A stretch of 64,000 nucleotides of DNA from an uncultured Methanosarcinales archaeon (GTDB lineage Archaea; Nanobdellota; Nanobdellia; Woesearchaeales; CAYMBN01): assembly GCA_964388715.1 (NCBI GenBank), contig CAYMBN010000003.1, forward strand, positions 1 to 64,000. The letters run 5' to 3'. Below the pieces are notes generated by a model. It had not been told where the DNA came from, ran no database searches, and was given only the letters and a program-made list of their open reading frames with translations. A program made the translations under genes and the position numbers. Below are positions 37,592 to 46,741 of this stretch, piece by piece (position 1 is the stretch's first letter; every line of letters begins with the position of its first letter).

Positions 37592-38671
37592 ATGAAAAAA
37601 GAGGTAATTAAAGATATATTCAAAACAATAAGTCCACTTCTTATTAATCCTACTAAAACTTCAATAACTTTAAGTTTGTCAAGGAGATTCTTTTTATTTC
37701 AAATCCTTCAGAAATTAGCAAAAGAGATTGAAGAAGAACCCTATCTTAACTTTCTTACTGTACTAAAGAATTATAAGTTGGTTGGAAGGGTTTTGCATGG
37801 GACAATAAAAGAAATGTACAAAGATAGAAATAAATTTTATTTTAAGAATTTCTTTTTAGATAGAGATCTTTATGAACTGGTAAAAAAGGATATTGAGGAA
37901 TTATATCCTAAATACAAAGAAATTAATGTGATCCTTTCAAAACATGGAACTATAATATATGATAATTACAAAAAAAATAGTTTTAATGTGTTATTATTAA
38001 CAATTCATGCAGGGCAATGGGTTCCTAAAGAAATTGAAAATAAGATGTGCTTACCAAAAATATTTAGAAAAAAGGAAGAAGATAAAGATTCTGATAAATT
38101 ATACTCCTTAGTTGTCTTAGAAAAAGGTGGTATTTGGGTAAGTACAAAACTTTCAAGATTTGTTTGTGACCTTAATAGGCCACAGAACCGTTGTATTTAC
38201 TTTAAGGATAAAGAAAAATGGTTACATAGAAAAGTATGGAAAGATGATCTTAAAGAAAATGATATTAAAAAGATTTGTTCATGGCATTTAGAATTTTATG
38301 CAACTCTTGAAAAGCTTCTTGAATCTTATAGTTTTAATATTATTTTTGATGGCCATACAATGAAAGATAAACCTGATAGGCCAAGAGTCAGTATTGGTAC
38401 AAAATATATCTCCTCCTTTTATATGCCAATTGTAAGATCAATGAGAAATAAGCTAAGTAATTTAGGTTATAAGCCTGTACTTTTTAATAAACCTTACGGA
38501 GGTGGATTTATTCTTAAATGGCTTAAAGCAAAATTTCCTGATAGATTTATTTTTTCGATGGAGTTTAATAAAAAATTATACATGAAGCCTAATAGGAGAG
38601 TAACACTTAAAAGGAAGCTTAATAAAATAAAAAAGGATATGCCTAAAGTATTTGAGTTGGAGCTAGAATGA
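37592..38671 (+). CDS. N-formylglutamate amidohydrolase-family protein
   Basis: TIHAG, EED, SRFVCDLNR, DGHTM, NKPYGGG, MEFNKKLYM. Confidence 0.82.
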   Translation: MKKEVIKDIFKTISPLLINPTKTSITLSLSRRFFLFQILQKLAKEIEEEPYLNFLTVLKNYKLVGRVLHGTIKEMYKDRNKFYFKNFFLDRDLYELVKKDIEELYPKYKEINVILSKHGTIIYDNYKKNSFNVLLLTIHAGQWVPKEIENKMCLPKIFRKKEEDKDSDKLYSLVVLEKGGIWVSTKLSRFVCDLNRPQNRCIYFKDKEKWLHRKVWKDDLKENDIKKICSWHLEFYATLEKLLESYSFNIIFDGHTMKDKPDRPRVSIGTKYISSFYMPIVRSMRNKLSNLGYKPVLFNKPYGGGFILKWLKAKFPDRFIFSMEFNKKLYMKPNRRVTLKRKLNKIKKDMPKVFELELE

Positions 38672-40050
38672 AGATAGTTAATATTGCAAAGAAACAAAAC
38701 AAGAAAAAACCTCTCAAAAGGTCTATGACTGGTTTAGAAGTTGAGATGCATATAATAGATTCTGAAGGTGGTATTACTAATAGAGGATTTGAACTTGTAA
38801 AAAAGGTTAAGGAAAAATTTCCTAAAGTAGAAGTTGTAAAAGAGTGTGGTATGAATATGTTAGAACTTGGTTGTTATCCTGATATTTATACTTTTAACCC
38901 AGCATTAAATATTATAAGTTATATTGAGAAAGTTATTAAAGTTGGAGATGAACGAGGTTTAAGAATTTATCCTTTTGGAACTTATCCTGGTAAATACAAA
39001 CCAAAGTTAACTCCTCGCTCTGATGGTCATTATAAGATGAAGGAAAAGATATTTGGAAAAGATAAATTTGTTTATGCTCCTAAAGCTACTGGTTTTCATC
39101 ATCATTATGCACTTCCAAAAGGAGTTTTTGATAAAGAAAAAAAGGAATTAAAGTTGTTGATTAGTGGAAAATTGAAGAGGAGTTTGTTAAACAGTTATAA
39201 TTTTGAGATTGCTATTGATCCAATATTGACTTTGTTAACACAATCTTCTCCTTTTTATGATGGGAAACAATTAGCTAAAGATTCAAGAATTTTAATTTCT
39301 AGGGGAGGTAAAAAATTAGGTTATCCAGGATATTATGGTGAATATCAACAATTAGGAGGTCTTCCACCTTACAAACAAACAGAGACAGATCTTATACACA
39401 GTTTTATGAAGAGGAGAAAAAGATGGCAAAAATTGATTAAGAAGGCTGATCCTAATGCTAATTTTAATAAAATGTATCCTTACAAATTAGACATTTCATG
39501 GAATCCTATTAAGGTTAACAAGCATGGTACTCTTGAGCAAAGAGGAATGGATATGAATTATATGAGTATAATACTAGCTGTATCTGCTATGATTAAATTT
39601 TGTCTTAAAAAAATACAAAGAGATTTTATTGAGGTTATACCAGCTGATATGGGTATTGATGAACCTTTTAGAATAAAGAAAGGTATTATGTTTATTCCTC
39701 CACATACTTATGTGAGGAATATTTTACAGAAGGCAAGCGCATATGAAGGGTTTAGTAATCAGGCATTGTATGAATATACCAAAAAGTGGTATAGATTTGT
39801 AAGATCACTTACTCCAGATAGTTATCTTCCTTTGATTGTAAAGATAAAGGATATGATTGATAAGAGAAAATCTGTTTCAGATGAAATGGTGGAATATGCA
39901 AAACGAAGGAATTTGCTTAATAAATATGGGAATATTTCTAATGCTAATGCAAAAATTCTTGCATTACATTTTTCTAATAAGTTTGAAAAGGATCTGAGAG
40001 AAACAAAGAAGATTGTGAAAGAAGTTGCTAGAAAACATCAAATGATTTGA
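38668..40050 (+). CDS. Glutamate-cysteine ligase family 2 (GCS2) carboxylate-amine ligase
   Basis: GLEVEMHII, GFHHHY, QSSPFYDG, TLEQRGMD; 4-nt overlap with upstream gene. Confidence 0.82.
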   Translation: MKIVNIAKKQNKKKPLKRSMTGLEVEMHIIDSEGGITNRGFELVKKVKEKFPKVEVVKECGMNMLELGCYPDIYTFNPALNIISYIEKVIKVGDERGLRIYPFGTYPGKYKPKLTPRSDGHYKMKEKIFGKDKFVYAPKATGFHHHYALPKGVFDKEKKELKLLISGKLKRSLLNSYNFEIAIDPILTLLTQSSPFYDGKQLAKDSRILISRGGKKLGYPGYYGEYQQLGGLPPYKQTETDLIHSFMKRRKRWQKLIKKADPNANFNKMYPYKLDISWNPIKVNKHGTLEQRGMDMNYMSIILAVSAMIKFCLKKIQRDFIEVIPADMGIDEPFRIKKGIMFIPPHTYVRNILQKASAYEGFSNQALYEYTKKWYRFVRSLTPDSYLPLIVKIKDMIDKRKSVSDEMVEYAKRRNLLNKYGNISNANAKILALHFSNKFEKDLRETKKIVKEVARKHQMI

Positions 40051-40089
40051 GGTTCTTGTTTAATATAAAAAATAAAAGAAAAATAATAC

Positions 40090-40371
40090 TTACAATTTGT
40101 TAAGAGTTATCTCAATTGTAGATACTCTTACTTGTTTACCTTCTTTGTTTTCAAATTCTTCGCTGTTGATTGCTATACCTTTTACAGCTATTTGACCTAC
40201 AAGAAATCTTTTACTTGCAACCTCTGCGATATCTACTGCTCTGCTGATAAACTTTCCTCTTGCTTTTATAATCACTTCATCTACATTTTTTGTGGTAAAC
40301 TGCATTACTATTCCTGTTACATAATTCATAAATGGTTTTCCACCAACAAATATTGTGTTGTCTGCGCCCAT
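40090..40371 (-). CDS. alba: Chromatin protein Alba
   Basis: KPFMNYV, IKARGKFISRAVDIAE, VSTIEITL. Confidence 0.97.
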   Translation of the reverse strand: MGADNTIFVGGKPFMNYVTGIVMQFTTKNVDEVIIKARGKFISRAVDIAEVASKRFLVGQIAVKGIAINSEEFENKEGKQVRVSTIEITLNKL

Positions 40372-40383
40372 TTTTCATCCCCC

Positions 40384-40575
40384 CTATTGTTCCTTGTTTT
40401 TGGTTAATCTAGTTGCATAACCAGCGATAACATTTCTAATTTTTTTAGATTTGACATCAGTTAGCTGGTTCACTATCTTTTTATTTTCTTCAAAATTATC
40501 TTTAAACTTGTCACTATACTTTTCCATCATGTCTTGTGTTATTCTCTTTGTCATTTGTGTTTTTATTCTTCCCAT
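40384..40575 (-). CDS. rps17e: 30S ribosomal protein S17e
   Basis: MGRIK, FEENKK, SKKIRNVIAGYATR. Confidence 0.96.
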   Translation of the reverse strand: MGRIKTQMTKRITQDMMEKYSDKFKDNFEENKKIVNQLTDVKSKKIRNVIAGYATRLTKNKEQ

Positions 40576-40673
40576 TGTATATTCTGTGCTTTTAATAGGG
40601 GTTGCTTATTTAAATTTTGTGGTTTTTATGAGGAAAATAGTAAGATTTAAATATATAACTTGTATAGATATAT

Positions 40674-40767
40674 TTGTTGCTGATGGAGCTACTTAGACAT
40701 TGATTTTGTTTCGGCAATTTTGATAAATGAGTCTTCGGATTCATCTAAGCTCTGACATTGGTAATAA
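40674..40767 (+). ncRNA. Unannotated structured RNA with a canonical bulge-helix-bulge motif and two UUCG hairpins
   Basis: Own TATA (TTTAAATA 40646-53); 12-bp outer stem, GAGC/GCTC central helix, TAC and TGA bulges, TTAGA/TCTAA helix; ATGAGTC-TTCG-GATTCAT. Confidence 0.75.
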
Positions 40768-40820
40768 GTTTCTATTTTAACATAAATCTTATAAATGAGA
40801 TGTATTAATATACTATCTAT

Positions 40821-40913
40821 GGGCCTATGGTGTAATGGATTAGCACAATTGGCTTCGGATGTGTTTATCACAGATGATACCAGTTAATCAGGGTTCGAAT
40901 CCCTGTAGGCCTA
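40821..40913 (+). tRNA. tRNA-Arg(UCG) with 20-nt intron at 37/38 (40859-40878)
   Basis: GGGCCTA/TAGGCCT acceptor, ATTGG-CTTCGG^A-CCAGT anticodon arm, GGTTCGAATCC T arm, relaxed BHB; TATA at ~40788-96; no encoded CCA. Confidence 0.93.
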
Positions 40914-40961
40914 TTTTTTCTATGAAAAATTTTATAAATAAACTGTGGTTTTGATGCAAAC

Positions 40962-41951
40962 ATGGATTTTGATGATCATATTAAAGAACAACTAGCAACT
41001 TTTGATCAGGTTGAAGATTTGGTTGGTAAAGAAGCAAATTCAACTCCTATGGACAGATATTATACTAGACCTGATGAAACAGCTGAAGAACATCAGCAAC
41101 GTATGAAACGGGAAGAGGATTTTCTTGATCTTCAAGCTAAGATTATTGGTTTTATTAGTGATAAATCAACTAATAATTATTATGACCTGGGGTTGCCTTT
41201 ACCAACAAGTTTTTTTGGAGAGATTTTTGGGTTGCCAATTCTTGAAAATTTTTTTATAGAACAAGAGGTTTTGGGTCATTCTCTAATTGATAAAATTGAA
41301 AGACATTTTTTAGAGTTTCCAGAAGGGGAGGGAACTATTCCCAAGCGAGGGACGCCTTTAGGAGATTTTGTCTGTGAGCTTCATTATGATTTTAACCCTG
41401 ATATTTTCTATTCTGCACATACAATGACTCATGCTGAACTTGATGGTAAGGAATATCATCTATCTATACTAAGAAAAGGTTCATTAAGACCAGGGGATAA
41501 AAGGTTAATTGTTCAAAGGGCTAATCGCTTGCTCAACATACTTTCTTATTCTGAAGATTTTTATAAGTATGAAATTAACGAAAAAAGTCCTTGGGAAGGA
41601 TTAATTAGGAAGATTCAATTAATATCTTTGCGTGCGGATCCAATGCAAAATGTAAATTATGCAAATACTGGTAAAGTAATTGGTTGGTGTAAATATGATA
41701 AACATATGTATGTCGAAAGTTTTCATGTTGAATTTGTAAAATTATTAAATGGAAAAACTGTTCATCTTCGTGAAGGTACTGTAACCCTTGATAATTGTGA
41801 TAATCAAGAAAAATATGGGTTCCTTAAGGGAAGGTTAGTAAGATATCTTTTCTTAGGAAATAATATTGAAGGATTGCCTTATGGGAGGCTTGTCTCTACG
41901 AGTATTACTCCTTTTATTGATGATACCTTAAGTCTTCCGGCTCCAAAATAA
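40962..41951 (+). CDS. Hypothetical protein
   Basis: 329-aa ORF downstream of tRNA-Arg; TTTATAAA ~30 nt upstream. Confidence 0.7.
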   Translation: MDFDDHIKEQLATFDQVEDLVGKEANSTPMDRYYTRPDETAEEHQQRMKREEDFLDLQAKIIGFISDKSTNNYYDLGLPLPTSFFGEIFGLPILENFFIEQEVLGHSLIDKIERHFLEFPEGEGTIPKRGTPLGDFVCELHYDFNPDIFYSAHTMTHAELDGKEYHLSILRKGSLRPGDKRLIVQRANRLLNILSYSEDFYKYEINEKSPWEGLIRKIQLISLRADPMQNVNYANTGKVIGWCKYDKHMYVESFHVEFVKLLNGKTVHLREGTVTLDNCDNQEKYGFLKGRLVRYLFLGNNIEGLPYGRLVSTSITPFIDDTLSLPAPK

Positions 41952-42082
41952 AAACTCTTTTCTTTTATCACTATCTTCAAATAACAGTTTCAAATGACTA
42001 TTCTAGAATAATAAACTTTATAAATGATGAGGCAATATATTCTCTATAAACAATAAAATAAAAATCATACGAGGTGGTTTAA

Positions 42083-43063
42083 GTGAAAAAAGTTTTTTTG
42101 TTAATGGTTGTTGCTTTACTTGTGATAAGTATGGTTTCAGCAAGCAACCTACAGTTTAAAGAAATAAAAGCCTATGTCAATGGTGACAAAGAAAGTGGAA
42201 TCAGTAGGACAGGCGGAACAATTGATGCTGAACCTGATTCTAGGATTAAATTAAAAGTAGAAGTAGAAAACACATATGCAGAATCAACTGATAGAACAAT
42301 TGAAGATGTTTTTGTGACAGCAGAGTTTGAATTAGAAGACCAAGAATTTGAAAGTGATGACGATGATGTAGATGCTGGTGATGACCAAAGGTTTACATTT
42401 TACTTTGATGTGCCTTTAGTAGTTGAAGAAGATGACTTTGATCTTGATTTGATTCTTGAAGGAGAAGACAATAACACTAAATTAAAAGAGAAAGTTACTT
42501 TGAAAGTTGAGGTTGACAAGAAAAACCATAAACTTAACATAAGAACAGCAGAAATAAAGCCTGAAACAGTTGATTGTGAAAGAGCTGTTAATATGGAAGT
42601 GGAAGTTCTTAATATTGGTGCAAAAGATGAAGAAGAAGTTGAATTATCAATTTCAAATGATGCACTAGGAATGGACTTTACAACAACATTTGAACTTGAA
42701 GAAGGTGTTGAAAGTAATTCAATGAAAAAAATCAACCAATTCTTTGAAATCAGTGATGATGTAAGAATCGGTAGTTACCCTGTTGATATTAGTGCTAAAT
42801 ATGGTAACTATGAAGAAGAAAGGCAATTATTCTTAGCTGTAGAAAAATGTGAAGAAGAAGAACCTGAAGAAGTAATTGTCGTTGAAGATGAACCTGAAGA
42901 AGAAACTGAAGAAGAAGACGACTTTGAAGCAGAACTTCTTGCTACAGAAGATGAAGAAAGCTTTACAGAAAGTAACACATATCTGTATTTAATAATTGGT
43001 GCTGAAGTATTGATTGTATTGATAATTGTTGCACTGATATTAACATTCAGAAAGAAAAAATAA
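42083..43063 (+). CDS. Acidic cell-surface protein, two Ig-like domains, C-terminal TM
   Basis: Signal peptide, YVNGDK shared with 30964-31914, acidic linker, TM plus RKKK. Confidence 0.82.
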   Translation: MKKVFLLMVVALLVISMVSASNLQFKEIKAYVNGDKESGISRTGGTIDAEPDSRIKLKVEVENTYAESTDRTIEDVFVTAEFELEDQEFESDDDDVDAGDDQRFTFYFDVPLVVEEDDFDLDLILEGEDNNTKLKEKVTLKVEVDKKNHKLNIRTAEIKPETVDCERAVNMEVEVLNIGAKDEEEVELSISNDALGMDFTTTFELEEGVESNSMKKINQFFEISDDVRIGSYPVDISAKYGNYEEERQLFLAVEKCEEEEPEEVIVVEDEPEEETEEEDDFEAELLATEDEESFTESNTYLYLIIGAEVLIVLIIVALILTFRKKK

Positions 43064-43202
43064 AATATTTTTTCTCTTTTTCTTTTTTGTTATTACTTTA
43101 CCATAGCAAAAAACCGAAACATTTATAAACATAATGTGGTTTATCAGGGTAATCAAAAGGGGTTCTTAGAATTATAGATTATTATTGAGGAGGCTTGGTA
43201 AA

Positions 43203-43979
43203 ATGATTGTACAAAAACAATTTTTAGAGAAGATTAAGAAGTACTTTAGTTTAAATATTTATGAAGTAAAAATATGGACTGCTTTGCTTAGCAGAGGAAT
43301 TGCATCTGCAGGAGAACTTTCTGAGGTAAGTAATGTTCCTAGGTCAAGAAGTTATGATGTTCTTGAAAGTCTTGAGAAAAAAGGTTTTGTAATCATGAAG
43401 ATTGGAAGACCAATTAAATATATTGCTGTTCAACCTGAAGAAATTGTTACAAGAATAAGAAAAAATGTTTCTAATGAAATTCAAAAAGATCTTGAAATAG
43501 TTGACAAGCTAAAAGAAACAAATGTTTTTAAGGAGCTTGAACTGTTACATAAACAAGGTGTTGAACATGTTGATGCAAGTGAATTAACAGGTTCAATGAT
43601 TGGCAGAAAAAAGCTTTATGCACAACTTGAATCAATGTTAAAAGGTGCAAAAGAGTCTGTGCTAATTGTTACAACTTCTAAAGGTCTTACACGAAAGTAT
43701 AATGCTTTGAAGAATACTCTGAAGAAACTTAATAAGAGAGGAGTAAAGGTTACTGTTGCTGCTCCTTTAAACAAAGATACAAAGAAAACAGAGAAATTAC
43801 TTGCAAATATTGCTGAAGTTAAACATGTTGATAAATTAAAAGCAAGGTTTGCTATTGTTGATGATAAGGAAATGATTTTCATGACAAGTGATGACAAAGT
43901 ACAACCTGGATATGATTCAGGTGTATGGGTTGATTCACCATTCTTTACACAAGCAGTGAAAGGAATGTTTGAGTTTTAG
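43203..43979 (+). CDS. TrmB-family transcriptional regulator
   Basis: LNIYEVKIWTALL, VPRSRSYDVLESLEKKGF, GRPIKYIAV, ARFAIVD. Confidence 0.93.
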   Translation: MIVQKQFLEKIKKYFSLNIYEVKIWTALLSRGIASAGELSEVSNVPRSRSYDVLESLEKKGFVIMKIGRPIKYIAVQPEEIVTRIRKNVSNEIQKDLEIVDKLKETNVFKELELLHKQGVEHVDASELTGSMIGRKKLYAQLESMLKGAKESVLIVTTSKGLTRKYNALKNTLKKLNKRGVKVTVAAPLNKDTKKTEKLLANIAEVKHVDKLKARFAIVDDKEMIFMTSDDKVQPGYDSGVWVDSPFFTQAVKGMFEF

Positions 43980-44015
43980 GAAAGTTTTAAATACCCTTAT
44001 TCTTTCTTTTTTTAT

Positions 44016-45026
44016 ATGATATCGATTGAAAAAATACGTGAGGAAATAAGGAATTGTAAGAAACCATTGATATTCTTTCATGATGATCCTGATGGTTTTT
44101 GTAGTTTTCTTCTCCTATACAAGTTTATTGGAGATGGAAGAGGGTTTGTTGTGAAGACAACTCCTAGGATTACTGAGAAATTTGTGAGACAGGTTGAAAT
44201 GTATCAACCTGATAAGGTTATTATTGTTGATATTGCTGTTGTTGAGCAAGAGTTTATCGATAGTGTTAAGGTTCCTATTGTGTGGATTGATCATCATCAA
44301 CCATTGAAGAGACATGGTGTAAAATATTATAATCCAAGAGAGATTGGGAAAAAGGTTCCTGCTTCTTATGTTTGTTATCAAATTACACAAGAAAATGTTT
44401 GGTTAGGTATGTGTGGTACAGTAGGAGATTGGCATATGCCTGATTTTAGAAAGGATTTTGTTAAAGAATATCCTGATTTGCTTGGAAAAGATGTTAAAAA
44501 AGCGCAGGATGCTTTGTATAATTCAAAACTAGGAAAACTTGTCAAGATTATTGCGTTTTTATTAAGAGGTCAACATTCTGATGTAAGGAAATGTATAAAA
44601 ATTATGACAAGGATTAAAGATCCTTATGAAATTCTTGATGGTGAAACATCTTCTGCAAAGTTTTTACATAAACGTTATAATATGGTGAATAGTGAATATG
44701 AAGATTTGTTAAAAAGTGTTAAAGTTCCTAAGGATAAGTTACTTGTTTTTACTTACACTGCAAAAAGAATGAGTTTAAGTGGCGAGTTAGCTAATGAACT
44801 ATTATACAAACATCCTGATAAAGTGGTTATTATTGCGCGTGAAAAAAGTGGAGAATTTAAGTGTAGTTTGAGAAGTCCGCTTAATATTAAGCTAAATAAG
44901 ATTCTTGAGAAAGCTTTAGAAGGATTAGAAGGTTTTGGTGGTGGACATGAGCATGCATGTGGCGCAGTAGTTAAAAAAGAGGATTTTGATGAATTTATTG
45001 AGAGAATAAGGCAGGAAATAGCTTAA
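44016..45026 (+). CDS. DHH/DHHA1 phosphoesterase
   Basis: HDDPDG, IVD, IDHH, SLRS, GGGHEHACG. Confidence 0.92.
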   Translation: MISIEKIREEIRNCKKPLIFFHDDPDGFCSFLLLYKFIGDGRGFVVKTTPRITEKFVRQVEMYQPDKVIIVDIAVVEQEFIDSVKVPIVWIDHHQPLKRHGVKYYNPREIGKKVPASYVCYQITQENVWLGMCGTVGDWHMPDFRKDFVKEYPDLLGKDVKKAQDALYNSKLGKLVKIIAFLLRGQHSDVRKCIKIMTRIKDPYEILDGETSSAKFLHKRYNMVNSEYEDLLKSVKVPKDKLLVFTYTAKRMSLSGELANELLYKHPDKVVIIAREKSGEFKCSLRSPLNIKLNKILEKALEGLEGFGGGHEHACGAVVKKEDFDEFIERIRQEIA

Positions 45027-45136
45027 AACCTCTATATTCAACTAATACAAACTGTTATCGCTTTATTAAAACTAATATACATAATAGTAACATTTATATA
45101 CTAGGAGTTCTTAAATAAGGAATTGGGGGTAACGAT

Positions 45137-45532
45137 ATGGTAATACTATTTGACCAATTCAATTTACCTGAAAATATATTTGAGATAATATTTGCAACAG
45201 AGCAGCAAGTTATTGTAGCTAAACTTCTTATTAAATATATTAAAGATAATGGTGGTGAAATAGGTAAGACAGAGATGTCTTTTTTTGCAACTAAATTACA
45301 TGAAGGTAAACTTATGGTTGATGATGAACCAAAAGGTCCTATTCCTACAAGAAAATTGCCACCAATTTCATATAATAAAAGACAGTTTTATGATAGGATT
45401 TTGACTCCAATGAAATCAATGGGTTTAATTGATTATGATCTTTACAAGAAAACATACAGGATTTCTGATAAATTCAATAAAAATATGATACATGTTGGGT
45501 TACTTTGGTTAAGACACCTAAGAAAAGCATAA
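45137..45532 (+). CDS. Hypothetical protein, probable winged helix
   Basis: FYDRILTPMKSMGLIDYD pattern; GGGG SD-like motif upstream. Confidence 0.7.
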   Translation: MVILFDQFNLPENIFEIIFATEQQVIVAKLLIKYIKDNGGEIGKTEMSFFATKLHEGKLMVDDEPKGPIPTRKLPPISYNKRQFYDRILTPMKSMGLIDYDLYKKTYRISDKFNKNMIHVGLLWLRHLRKA

Positions 45533-45569
45533 AAATTTTTATATTAAATAATAATTACTTTCTATTAAT

Positions 45570-45775
45570 GGGCTGATAGCTCAGCCTGGTGTGGTTTGTA
45601 TTTATACAAACTACGGGCATTAGAGCGTTCGGTTGGCAATCGAGAGGCCTCGGGTTCGAATAAGTGTTAGAGTTGAAGAAAGTGATGTTTTGATAACATT
45701 AAAGCTTTCGGGTTGATAGTGGAATTCAAAACGTAAACTGCTCTCTCTTCACTTGCGAAGGTCCCGATCAGTCCA
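45570..45775 (+). tRNA. tRNA-Ala(GGC) with introns in the D loop (45590-45620, 31 nt) and T loop (45661-45761, 101 nt)
   Basis: GGGCTGA/TCAGTCC-A with G3:U70; TTCGG-TTGGCAA-TCGAG; removing both introns gives AGCCTGGTAGAGC and GGTTCGAATCCCG (74 nt). Confidence 0.92.
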
Positions 45776-45786
45776 TTAAATAAAAA

Positions 45787-46590
45787 ATGATAACTAAAAA
45801 AGTCTACTTTAAAAACAGTAACGGTAAGAAGTTGTGTGGGATATTGCAATTACCTGATGAAAAAGGTAAGTTTCCTGTTGTGATATATGTTGCAGGGTTT
45901 AGAAGTAATAAAGATGTTTCTACAACTGGTTTGAATTTAGCAGAAGTATTGCCAAAAAAGGGAATTGCTTTGTTAAGATTTGATCTTTCTGGTTTAAATG
46001 AAAGTGAAGGTGATTTTATTGACACAACTGTTACTGAAAATGTTGATGATTTGAAATGTGCAATTGATTTTGCTGAAAAACATGAAAATTTAGATGAAAT
46101 AGGTGTTGTTGGAAGTAGTTATGGTGGTTTTATTACAGTGTTGCAAGCAGAAAGAGATGATAGGATTAAGTGTTTGGTTTTAACATTGTCACCAAGCAAG
46201 TTTCCTTGGAGTAATAAGGAACAGTATACAAAAGAAGGGCTTAAAGAATGGAAAGAAAAAGGTTTTATCATGACATATGGGCAAAGTGCAAAGAAATATT
46301 TTAAACTGGGTTATGGGTTTTATGAAGATGGATTAAAACATGATACTTATAAGAATGCAGACAAAATCAAATGTCCTGTTTTGTTTATACATGGAACAAA
46401 AGATGAGGATGTTGATATTGAACAAGCATTGAAATTGTTTGAATTGTTAAAAACACAAAAGAAATTCAATAAGTTTGGTGGAGAAGGACATAAATTTTCT
46501 GGAAGAGCACAGAAAAGAAAGGTTGAATTAATAATACAATGGTTTAAGAAGTGGCTTTGTCGAAAAATTTATAAACAAAAAGATTCCTAA
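45787..46590 (+). CDS. Alpha/beta hydrolase
   Basis: LRFDLSG, GSSYGG nucleophile elbow, IHGTKDEDV, GEGH. Confidence 0.9.
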   Translation: MITKKVYFKNSNGKKLCGILQLPDEKGKFPVVIYVAGFRSNKDVSTTGLNLAEVLPKKGIALLRFDLSGLNESEGDFIDTTVTENVDDLKCAIDFAEKHENLDEIGVVGSSYGGFITVLQAERDDRIKCLVLTLSPSKFPWSNKEQYTKEGLKEWKEKGFIMTYGQSAKKYFKLGYGFYEDGLKHDTYKNADKIKCPVLFIHGTKDEDVDIEQALKLFELLKTQKKFNKFGGEGHKFSGRAQKRKVELIIQWFKKWLCRKIYKQKDS

Positions 46591-46597
46591 ATATACT

Positions 46598-46741
46598 ATG
46601 GCAAAACCAAAGTTTAGATGTACAAGGTGTAAGTATGAGTTCTTCTTACTTCCAGGAAAGAATGATCCTCCTAATGTTTGTCCTTACTGCGGTAGAAAAA
46701 ACACTGTTGATTTTAAAAAGCATATTTTAGAAGAGATTTAA
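46598..46741 (+). CDS. 47-aa Zn-ribbon protein (not in ORF track)
   Basis: Manual translation MAKPKFRCTRCKYEF...VCPYCGRKN; TTTATAAA 30 nt upstream. Confidence 0.8.
   Translation: MAKPKFRCTRCKYEFFLLPGKNDPPNVCPYCGRKNTVDFKKHILEEI

Noticed and set aside
40674..40767. BHB RNA as a split or permuted tRNA half, SRP RNA or RNase P RNA
   Set aside because: No D or T arm; the ligated loop would be GAGCTAA without U33; no SRP helix-8 or RNase P P4 consensus.
40689..40871. 60-aa minus-strand ORF
   Set aside because: Antisense to the BHB RNA and tRNA-Arg; no protein features.
45667..45849. 60-aa minus-strand ORF
   Set aside because: Antisense to the tRNA-Ala intron and the hydrolase start.
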